A stretch of DNA of 61,461 nucleotides from a virus. Its lineage: Duplodnaviria > Caudoviricetes. The translations under genes and the position numbers were made by a program. The DNA lies in IMG/VR virus record IMGVR_UViG_3300026120_000001, positions 1 through 61,461 of that record. One strand, 5' to 3'. Each line of letters begins with the position of its first letter. Positions within the stretch are counted from its first letter, which is position 1. Shown in pieces: positions 28,348-35,929 of this stretch. Below the pieces are notes generated by a model. It was not told where the DNA came from. It ran no database searches and saw nothing but the letters and a program-made list of their open reading frames with translations.

Positions 28348-29111
28348 TGGCAACTGGTATTATTATAGCTTGTGAAAAAAATAAAAAAATGGATATTGAA
28401 ATTGTTAAACAATATTCAAATACTTATAGTGGTGGATATGGATATTCATATTCATATGAGGGAGAAATATATACAGCCAAATTCAAAAAACGTGATTCGT
28501 TTATACAGAGTATAGAAAAAAAATACAGAGACGGTCTTCTACAGAAAAGTGGAATTATTATTTTTGTTGGAACTAATACATATGACACCGTTGATATTCA
28601 ACCATATGAATCAATTGGGGGTGTGCATATGATACAGGATGGTTATATCGGTGGTGTCGATAAACTAACTGATTGTAATAGAAGCAATAGTTATAAATTT
28701 GCATCTACCATTCTTTCTGATATAAAACCAGAGTGGTTGGAAAACAAACATTTTTCTTCTATGTTGAGAAATAGTTTTGGTGCCGCTAAAACAGTTTTTC
28801 TATATCCAAATGGGGACTTAACTTTTGTTAATAAAAGTAAGGGTTCTAAATTTGGGGATATGTGGACTTCTTCTATGTTCACAACAAAACATATTTCTTC
28901 ACAACAAAGAGAAAGAAATTTACCAAGTGTTACATCTTTTATGGTTTCATGTAAAAAATGCAGGAGTCGCGTGTCTAATGAAAACGCAATGCAGTTGTCT
29001 TTTTTTGATGCCGGTGTGAAAAAACAATTCTTTATATGTCCTAAGTGTTTTCATAAATATGCTAATGGTATTCATCCCAAAAAAGTTGGTTTTAATAATG
29101 TCAAACTTTAA
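28347..29111 (+). CDS. degenerate class II amidotransferase paralog with C-terminal Zn finger
   Basis: collinear with 26027 protein (GYGYSY, QPY, QDG, SNS, K.VFL...G...F.NK.KG...W.S) but lacks N-terminal Cys, HFR and HNG. Confidence 0.6.
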   Translation: MATGIIIACEKNKKMDIEIVKQYSNTYSGGYGYSYSYEGEIYTAKFKKRDSFIQSIEKKYRDGLLQKSGIIIFVGTNTYDTVDIQPYESIGGVHMIQDGYIGGVDKLTDCNRSNSYKFASTILSDIKPEWLENKHFSSMLRNSFGAAKTVFLYPNGDLTFVNKSKGSKFGDMWTSSMFTTKHISSQQRERNLPSVTSFMVSCKKCRSRVSNENAMQLSFFDAGVKKQFFICPKCFHKYANGIHPKKVGFNNVKL

Positions 29112-29224
29112 ATACAATAGATTTGAAAAAGACAAATGGCTTGAAGAAAACAGAATGACGGATGATGAATTTGAATCCCTGTTGATTGAATCAGCTATAC
29201 CTGATGAATATGAAGAATTGAATT

Positions 29225-29575
29225 TTGATCATAATAATGAAAGGATGTATTAAAATGAAAAACATTATTTTTTTTGTATTGTTCAGTTTACTTATGGGGT
29301 GTTCTACTATTGATTGGGCTATTGAAGATCGTAGGCTGGAAACAAACGCCGAGTACATGATGCATAGATATGGTAGGTCTGGACCGAATGGAACCTTCCT
29401 TCTATTTTCACCACACAAAAAAGTAAATGTTATTTTAACTAGGGGTGAATGGTTTGGTACCCCAGTAGAATGCAATTATATTGTGGAAAGAAACGACTCA
29501 ACAATAATTTCATCAAGAGATGGAATTATAACAATTTTGTCTGGGGGTAATTATGTTCCGATTGTACAGAATTGA
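29225..29575 (+). CDS. putative lipoprotein (start probably 29255)
   Basis: MKNIIFFVLFSLLMGC lipobox-like signal. Confidence 0.55.
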   Translation: MIIIMKGCIKMKNIIFFVLFSLLMGCSTIDWAIEDRRLETNAEYMMHRYGRSGPNGTFLLFSPHKKVNVILTRGEWFGTPVECNYIVERNDSTIISSRDGIITILSGGNYVPIVQN

Positions 29576-29810
29576 AAAAGGAGATGTTATTTTTCATAAA
29601 CAGAAAAAAAAGCTGGGAATTGTTCTATCAATAAAACCAGATGTGATTGAAGTACAATTTTTCGATAAGAGGGCTGGCCACACATTAAACGGGAAATTAC
29701 CAGAAGGTGGTGGATGGTTTGTTGATCCAGAATATAGAGATGGTTTTATTAAAATATCCAAAAAAATATTACTCAATAAAATAAATGATGGAAAACTAGA
29801 TGTTTTTTAA
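29553..29810 (+). CDS. small SH3/CAP-Gly-like protein, paralog 1
   Basis: KGD...LGIV...VQFFD...GH.LNG....GWFV. Confidence 0.55.
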   Translation: MFRLYRIEKGDVIFHKQKKKLGIVLSIKPDVIEVQFFDKRAGHTLNGKLPEGGGWFVDPEYRDGFIKISKKILLNKINDGKLDVF

Positions 29811-30087
29811 AGGAATGAGAGTTACAACAACACAATCTGGTATAGATCGAAACGAATCAATAATGATGGGGATGCTTGGGACTATTGTTTGCTTTAAAGA
29901 TTTTGTTAACCCGTATGAATCAAGATTCCCCGCTATAGGTGTTTTGTTTGATGATGAAATATGTGGTCATAACATAAGTGGTTTAATAGAATCCTTTAAT
30001 GGGTGGTATTGTTATTCCCATTCAATAAAACCACTTAATGGTGAATTTGAAAAATATATAGTAAAACTAAATGAGGGTTTAATATGA
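29800..30087 (+). CDS. small SH3/CAP-Gly-like protein, paralog 2
   Basis: GMLGTI...GVLFDDEICGHNISG....GWY. Confidence 0.55.
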   Translation: MFFKGMRVTTTQSGIDRNESIMMGMLGTIVCFKDFVNPYESRFPAIGVLFDDEICGHNISGLIESFNGWYCYSHSIKPLNGEFEKYIVKLNEGLI

Positions 30088-30332
30088 ATGATGAATATGC
30101 TGTTGTTATAAAGGATAATCCAGATAATAATTCATCTATTAAAACTGGAATGCTTGGTAAGATAATGAGAAATGTTGACAACGGGGAGTGGGTTGGCATG
30201 TTGTTTATTGATAAAATCAATGGTCATAGTCAGTATGATGAATCATTACAATCTTGGAATTTACCAAAATCGTTTATTAAAAAAGTAACATATGAACAAA
30301 TAATTAATCATTTAAATGGAGAATCGGTATGA
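30084..30332 (+). CDS. small SH3/CAP-Gly-like protein, paralog 3
   Basis: GMLGKI...GMLFIDKINGH......SWN. Confidence 0.55.
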   Translation: MNDEYAVVIKDNPDNNSSIKTGMLGKIMRNVDNGEWVGMLFIDKINGHSQYDESLQSWNLPKSFIKKVTYEQIINHLNGESV

Positions 30333-30646
30333 ACATACTTGGACCAAAAAGACTCGATGGAGAATCGTCCTCCGATTATAGACAGAGGAGAAGGGATGAA
30401 AATAAACACATTAATCAGTCTATGAAGGGTAGACTCGTTTTTGAATCTATTAGATTTGAACCTTTAAAAGAAGGAGAGACAAAAGAAGACTATCCAGAAG
30501 AATCTATTTTGGATTTAGGTTTTGTTGTGTTTGTTAAATCAACAGCGATATACACAAACCAAAAAAGGATTCATTGTACCAGAAAAGAGAAAAAAGAAAT
30601 CAAAAGGAAGAGAAAAATGTATAAAAAACTTATGGGTAATAATTAA
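30329..30646 (+). CDS. hypothetical protein
   Basis: 105-aa ORF, coupled to neighbours. Confidence 0.65.
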   Translation: MNILGPKRLDGESSSDYRQRRRDENKHINQSMKGRLVFESIRFEPLKEGETKEDYPEESILDLGFVVFVKSTAIYTNQKRIHCTRKEKKEIKRKRKMYKKLMGNN

Positions 30647-31431
30647 TGGCTACTTTCTTTTATAAAAACTCAAAAGGAAAAAGAGTTTGTAGATGCACAT
30701 CTATCATAAACCTACTTGGTTACAATAAAAATTTTCTTATGAGATGGGCGTTAGAAAAAGGGGATAAAGCCAAGACCATTCAAAAGGATGCTTGTGATAT
30801 TGGAACATTTATTCATGAACTCATCGAAGCCTTTATTAAAAATAAAGATTATAATGAGATGTTGAAAAGTGCACCATTCGAGTTTATGGTTGTTGGTCAG
30901 ACGGCACTTGATAATTTTAAAAAATGGTTTGATGTTGTTAAACCTGAGTTTGTGGAGATTGAATATACTATCATCAGTGAGCTTCGCAATTGGGGTGGAA
31001 CCGCTGACTTCATAGCAAGGATACCACAAGAGGTGGAATATAATGGTGTTCTTTATAAACCCGGACTATACTTGGGTGATTTTAAAACATCTAAGAGTGT
31101 ATATAGAGAACATTTAGTACAAATGTCTGGTTATATTCAAGGTGTCCAAGAGATAGTTAATATGGACCACAAAACCAAAGAAGATATAATTAGAAATAAT
31201 TCTGAGAATCCATATTTAAAAAATCTATCACTTAACCCCTATCCAGATTTAAAAAATGAAACAATATTAATACACATCAATAAAGATGTAACAAAAGAAA
31301 GTGAGGAGGTGATTAAACCATATATTATACCAGCAGATATAATGGATATGGCTAGAGAGGATTGGGAAATTGCATTAGCTATGAATGAACGTAAAAACAT
31401 ATTCAACAAATTTTTTAAATCATTAAAATAA
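30646..31431 (+). CDS. PD-(D/E)XK exonuclease (Cas4-like)
   Basis: GTFIH..IE, E.TI, GGTAD, GDFKTSK, Q.SGY. Confidence 0.8.
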   Translation: MATFFYKNSKGKRVCRCTSIINLLGYNKNFLMRWALEKGDKAKTIQKDACDIGTFIHELIEAFIKNKDYNEMLKSAPFEFMVVGQTALDNFKKWFDVVKPEFVEIEYTIISELRNWGGTADFIARIPQEVEYNGVLYKPGLYLGDFKTSKSVYREHLVQMSGYIQGVQEIVNMDHKTKEDIIRNNSENPYLKNLSLNPYPDLKNETILIHINKDVTKESEEVIKPYIIPADIMDMAREDWEIALAMNERKNIFNKFFKSLK

Positions 31432-31460
31432 TTTACTTCTCTAATATTATATATGATATT
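31432..31460 (+). promoter_or_regulatory. promoter TTTACT-N17-GATATT
   Basis: same TTTACTTCTC motif upstream of the Sak4-like gene. Confidence 0.55.
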
Positions 31461-31480
31461 AGAATAAACCCAAACGAGGA

Positions 31481-32287
31481 GTGTGTATGTCGATTACACT
31501 AAAAACGGTCAGTGATGCTAAAATGAAACCAGCTGGAATAGTAATTCATTCAAAAGCAGGTACGGGTAAGTCTACCTTTTTGATTGATGCTATTAATGAT
31601 GCTGAAAATGGTATTCTTTTTCAATGTGGAGAAGATTCAATTGGTGATCTGGGAGTTAAAGTTCCACATTATCCAGATGTAATTGGATCGGGTGATTCCA
31701 TTGAAGATTACATAAGGGGTTGGGAAGATTTTATTGAGATTCTAAGACAGCTTGTTGTGGAGAAACACGGTTATACATCAGTTGGTTTTGATAATCTCGA
31801 TAATATAATCAACAATAATCTTGATGCTTATGTGGTTACTAAGTATTATAATGGAGATCTACAGAAAGCAAATGCATGGGGTGGTGATAAGCTGAAAGAA
31901 ATGTATTCAGAATTTTCACGAGTAATTAAAGCGTTTGAAATTCTCCAGAGTCGGGGAATAAGTGTGTTTGTTTCAACCCATTCACAGACAGTTAAGGCTA
32001 AGGACCCAAGACTTGATGAGTATAAAAGGTGGTCTTTTAACATGCCATCAAGAGAAGATTATAGTCTTCGTAATCTTCTTTTGAATTGGTCTTCTGCCAC
32101 ATTATTTGGAACAATCGATACCGTTGTTAATGAAAAAGGTAAGGCTGAAGGTGATGAGCATGTGTTGTTCACAAAACAAAATGCTGCTTATGAAGCCAAA
32201 TCAAGATATTCTATTCCGGAAAAAATCGATTTTAAGTATTCAACATTCAAAGAAGAAATTAAAAAATCAATGAAGGAGAAAAAGTAA
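31481..32287 (+). CDS. Sak4-like AAA ssDNA-annealing ATPase
   Basis: Walker A SKAGTGKST, FDNLD, STH, AYEAKSRY. Confidence 0.8.
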   Translation: MCMSITLKTVSDAKMKPAGIVIHSKAGTGKSTFLIDAINDAENGILFQCGEDSIGDLGVKVPHYPDVIGSGDSIEDYIRGWEDFIEILRQLVVEKHGYTSVGFDNLDNIINNNLDAYVVTKYYNGDLQKANAWGGDKLKEMYSEFSRVIKAFEILQSRGISVFVSTHSQTVKAKDPRLDEYKRWSFNMPSREDYSLRNLLLNWSSATLFGTIDTVVNEKGKAEGDEHVLFTKQNAAYEAKSRYSIPEKIDFKYSTFKEEIKKSMKEKK

Positions 32288-32502
32288 TGAATGAGTTTAT
32301 TGTTGTAAATACTAAGGCTAAGAACAAAAAATATCTTAGTGAAAACTGTTTTTGTTTTACAGACAAGTTGTCTGAAACAGAGTTTGTAAATAAGAACGAT
32401 GCACAATTACTTCTATCTGATGTTTCTTTTTATCGTAAACAGAAGAAATCAGATTTTAAAGTATGTAAAATTACATCTATTCATTATAAGGAGGTTAAAT
32501 GA
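32287..32502 (+). CDS. hypothetical protein
   Basis: coupled ORF with AAGGAG RBS. Confidence 0.6.
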   Translation: MNEFIVVNTKAKNKKYLSENCFCFTDKLSETEFVNKNDAQLLLSDVSFYRKQKKSDFKVCKITSIHYKEVK

Positions 32503-32747
32503 AAAAAGACAGTAGACCATATATCACTATATGGAATGGAGAAAAGAAAGAACCAATAACAGAAGACACTATTGATATTACGTTTGTTAAGGTGTCAGAA
32601 GAAGATGGTAAAACTAAATATGCTCCAGCACCACCGTTCGTTGTTGGTACTTTCAACAAAGAACTAATTCAAGATCTCAGATATATTTCATCTAAGCATT
32701 CACTTGTACCTATTTTAAGTAATCCTGAAGAAGAAGGAGATTCATAA
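32499..32747 (+). CDS. hypothetical protein
   Basis: AAGGAGG RBS. Confidence 0.65.
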   Translation: MKKDSRPYITIWNGEKKEPITEDTIDITFVKVSEEDGKTKYAPAPPFVVGTFNKELIQDLRYISSKHSLVPILSNPEEEGDS

Positions 32748-33064
32748 TGGCTTTTCAACACAAAAATGGTTGTGGCACATTGTTTAATAATGACAGAAAG
32801 TCTAAGGATAACCACCCCGACATGACTGGAATCATTAACATTAACGGTAATGATTTGGAATTTGCCGCATGGAAGAAGAAGGGTAAGTCTGGTAAAGAAT
32901 TTCTCGGTGTAAGAATTAAGAGTTCTGCAAGACCAGCACCGGCCCAACCACCACAACAACAGGGATGGGGAGCACAGGCTACACAGCAGCCTCAGATGCC
33001 CCCTGTGCCTCAACAACAGGCACCCACAACACCACCACCAATGCAAGATAATCTGCCCTTCTAA
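32747..33064 (+). CDS. single-stranded DNA-binding protein (DUF736-like OB fold)
   Basis: GTLF.ND.K....HPD.TG.I.ING....AAW, Q/P-rich linker, C-terminal DNLPF tail. Confidence 0.75.
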   Translation: MAFQHKNGCGTLFNNDRKSKDNHPDMTGIININGNDLEFAAWKKKGKSGKEFLGVRIKSSARPAPAQPPQQQGWGAQATQQPQMPPVPQQQAPTTPPPMQDNLPF

Positions 33065-33100
33065 GGGCGTTTGCGTTTATTTAAACAAAATCTAACAATT

Positions 33101-33168
33101 TGGATAACACCACAGTTTTGCTTTCCGCAATTCAACAGAAGCTGTGGTGTTATCCAGTTTTTTTTTTT
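33101..33168 (+). terminator. long-stem intrinsic terminator
   Basis: TGGATAACACCACAG...CTGTGGTGTTATCCA stem followed by T11. Confidence 0.75.
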
Positions 33169-33243
33169 CACAATTAACAAAAAGTATATAATAAGTGTCG
33201 TACTATTTAAGTTGGTGTAAATAAATTTTTCGCTGGAGATTAT

Positions 33244-33543
33244 ATGAAAATTGTAAGAACTGAAAAGTATTATTCTGGTCACGACAAAATGCGCAAAGTT
33301 ACTATAAATATGTCTGAAAATGAGTTTGTACAATTTTCTAAACTGGTGAAAGAAAAATTTACATCCACCAACACAGGCAGCCCAAAATTACCAACAATGG
33401 AGGAAGTGTATAGGGCGATTCCTTTCCCAGAGGATGAGCGTGAGTGCGCAATGTTTGTTGCTGGTTTAGCAGAATGTCACGAATATATTGTCGGTCGGCA
33501 AAACATCAGGCGGGTGCCTGAGAACGTTGTACAAAAGTTTTAA
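33244..33543 (+). CDS. hypothetical protein reading through an attC-like site
   Basis: GGAGA RBS; N-terminus similar to ORF 34315-34476. Confidence 0.65.
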   Translation: MKIVRTEKYYSGHDKMRKVTINMSENEFVQFSKLVKEKFTSTNTGSPKLPTMEEVYRAIPFPEDERECAMFVAGLAECHEYIVGRQNIRRVPENVVQKF

Positions 33544-33559
33544 CGCTGGAGAATTATAA

Positions 33560-33859
33560 ATGGAGTCTATGCAATTTGATGACGTTGGCAAGGTGCTTTC
33601 ATCTCACCCGAACATACGCTATGCGAAATACGAAGGGTCTGATTTTAGCAGGACGTTCGCATTCTCGATCAACGACATTTTTTACTCGATAATGTGGTAT
33701 CGCAATACCATGACGCTGTACTTCAACGGTGGGTGCGAACTCAAATTTACATCGTTCAAGCTGTCTGGTACGTGGCCAAATCGGGCACGGTGGAATCTTC
33801 AGTTTGAGAACGATAGAGGTCAAACGGTTTGCGTCATACCCGTCGAAGAAGTGCGGTAG
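33560..33859 (+). CDS. hypothetical protein
   Basis: GGAGA RBS in repeated CGCTGGAGA leader. Confidence 0.7.
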   Translation: MESMQFDDVGKVLSSHPNIRYAKYEGSDFSRTFAFSINDIFYSIMWYRNTMTLYFNGGCELKFTSFKLSGTWPNRARWNLQFENDRGQTVCVIPVEEVR

Positions 33860-33939
33860 AAAAATATGGAAGAATCACAGACACAGACGCATAACAGCGC
33901 CATCGTGCCATGCTGCGTGTGCGGTGAACAGGGGGAATT

Positions 33940-34161
33940 ATGAAAAATTTGAGTGAGACAGAAATTGCAAAGAAGCTTTTGGAGTATGTCGGCAAAGATA
34001 TTAATCCTGCTCAATTGGTTAAGCATGGGAAAGCGTATACTCCGGCACTTCCGATGAGTAGCGAATTGTCGACAACAGAATATGCAATAACTGTGACATT
34101 GATTAAGGCAGAACGCATAGGGGGATTCTTTATGTATGACGAGCTAAATGAGGGGCTTTAG
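33940..34161 (+). CDS. hypothetical protein
   Basis: AGGGGG RBS, 73 aa. Confidence 0.55.
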   Translation: MKNLSETEIAKKLLEYVGKDINPAQLVKHGKAYTPALPMSSELSTTEYAITVTLIKAERIGGFFMYDELNEGL

Positions 34162-34314
34162 ATGTACACCCGCACCCGCAGAAAATTATTGAGGAGACGG
34201 GTAACTTAGCACAATAGCGGTAGCCGCGCCATTAAAACGTCAGGTATACCGCAAAACATTGGTTGCAATGCCCGGCGAAAGCATCATTACAGGCCGGGCT
34301 AAAGGGAGGTAAGC

Positions 34315-34476
34315 ATGAAAATTGTAAAAAGAGATTCGTTTCGTTCGCAAGGTGCTCTTGTAAACAAAACAGATGATATGGAACGCATAGTAATAGATTG
34401 CACAAAAAGAGAATCTATACAATTGATGTCATGGGTCGCCCGGCAGAACACTAAGGAGGCGCAAACACAGCAGTAG
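34315..34476 (+). CDS. 53-aa hypothetical protein (not in ORF track); contains copy 2 of the 59-bp repeat
   Basis: GGGAGGT RBS; MKIVKRDSFRSQGALVNKTDDMERIVIDCTKRESIQLMSW... Confidence 0.65.
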   Translation: MKIVKRDSFRSQGALVNKTDDMERIVIDCTKRESIQLMSWVARQNTKEAQTQQ

Positions 34477-34535
34477 TTGTACGCGCCACAGAAAAATCGG
34501 TTCGAGTCATACTCACCAAGAGAAAGGCAAAAGAA

Positions 34536-35534
34536 ATGAAACTTGAAGATATAGGTTTTTACACCTTGTCAGATTATCGAGCAGAACAAACCAGCGCAAA
34601 ATCTCCACTTTGGAGATGCGAACTTATTCTAACCGATAAGTGTAATTTTTCGTGCCCATACTGTCGAGGTCTTCGTAAAGATGTTGCTGGCACACTGCCT
34701 TTTAATGAGGCTATGCGTACGTTAGAACTGTGGTGCTCACAGGGTTTGAAGAACGTCCGTTTTTCTGGCGGAGAGCCAACTCTATACGACGGCCTCGGCC
34801 AACTGGTTTCTTATTGCAAGACTAACGGCGTTGAGCGTGTAGCGGTATCAACAAACGGCAGTGCAGACTGGACAGAATACGAGAAGCTGCACGCCGCTGG
34901 TGTTAATGATTTTTCAGTCTCTTTGGATTCTTGTTGTGCCTCTATTGGAGATGAGATGGCTGGAGGGATATCGGGGGCATGGCACCACCTTATTGAAAAT
35001 ATTCGTAAGCTATCGAAAATCACCTACACAACCGTCGGTATAGTGATTACTGAAGACAATCTTGATAAATGCGTAGATACCATCCTGTTTGCGGATTCAT
35101 TAGGTGTTTCGGACATTCGAGTCATTCCGTCTGCTCAGTATAACAGGCTACTTACAGCAATGAAGCAAATTCCTGATTCTATTCTTGGTAAATACCCTAT
35201 TCTGCGCTATCGGGTAAACAATGTTCGCGCAGGAAGAAATGTGCGCGGGATTAAACAAACCGATTGTGGTAAATGCTGGCTTGCACTCGATGATATGGCA
35301 GTCGCCAACGGCTATCATTTTCCGTGTATTATTTACATGCGTGAGCAAGGCGACCCCATCGGGCGTGTTGGTATAAACATGCGAAAAGAGCGGGAAGAGT
35401 GGATAAAAGCCCACGACTGTTTTTCAGACGAAATATGCAAAAAGAATTGTTTGGATGTGTGTATAGACTACTGCAACAAAGCAGAAGAAGCGCCATCCAT
35501 GGCGCAAGAGTCCCGGCAGGATAATGCTAAATGA
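34536..35534 (+). CDS. radical SAM enzyme with C-terminal Cys cluster (twitch/SPASM-like)
   Basis: CNFSCPYC, FSGGEPT, STNG, SVSLD; C-terminal C..C...FPC...C....C...C...C. Confidence 0.9.
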   Translation: MKLEDIGFYTLSDYRAEQTSAKSPLWRCELILTDKCNFSCPYCRGLRKDVAGTLPFNEAMRTLELWCSQGLKNVRFSGGEPTLYDGLGQLVSYCKTNGVERVAVSTNGSADWTEYEKLHAAGVNDFSVSLDSCCASIGDEMAGGISGAWHHLIENIRKLSKITYTTVGIVITEDNLDKCVDTILFADSLGVSDIRVIPSAQYNRLLTAMKQIPDSILGKYPILRYRVNNVRAGRNVRGIKQTDCGKCWLALDDMAVANGYHFPCIIYMREQGDPIGRVGINMRKEREEWIKAHDCFSDEICKKNCLDVCIDYCNKAEEAPSMAQESRQDNAK

Positions 35535-35929
35535 ATTATGAAAAAATGTGGAACACTCTTAAAGCTGAGAGTGGTGGGCGGTGGTGTCAACCACACCCAT
35601 GCTCAATGGAGCTACTTACGGTTGGCGAACTAATGCGCAACATGGAGCGTCGCTGCGAGGAAACTGAGGAAGAAAAAACAAAAGAGGAGTCGGCCAGCAG
35701 CCCACAACAGCTAAAGGAAGAAAATTTGAACACCACCAAATCACAGGAAGATGTGAGACGTCTCACAAACACCCAACAATACAGCAATGACGACTCCGCT
35801 GACGCTCCGGCTCAAATTTGTCCAAAATGTAACGGCAGTGGTTTACCGTGGTTGTCAAATGAATCAAGGTGTACTAAGTGTAACGGGTATGGTACCCTTT
35901 ATTTAAAAGAAAGAAAACAAGATGGTTGA
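35531..35929 (+). CDS. hypothetical protein with C-terminal DnaJ-type CxxCxGxG repeats
   Basis: CPKCNGSG...CTKCNGYG. Confidence 0.6.
   Translation: MNYEKMWNTLKAESGGRWCQPHPCSMELLTVGELMRNMERRCEETEEEKTKEESASSPQQLKEENLNTTKSQEDVRRLTNTQQYSNDDSADAPAQICPKCNGSGLPWLSNESRCTKCNGYGTLYLKERKQDG

Noticed and set aside
33092-33168. Long hairpin as an additional attC site
   Set aside because: The near-perfect stem followed by T11 directly after the SSB operon fits an intrinsic terminator, and it lacks the AAAACRTCAGG/ARAAC-RTT right arm.
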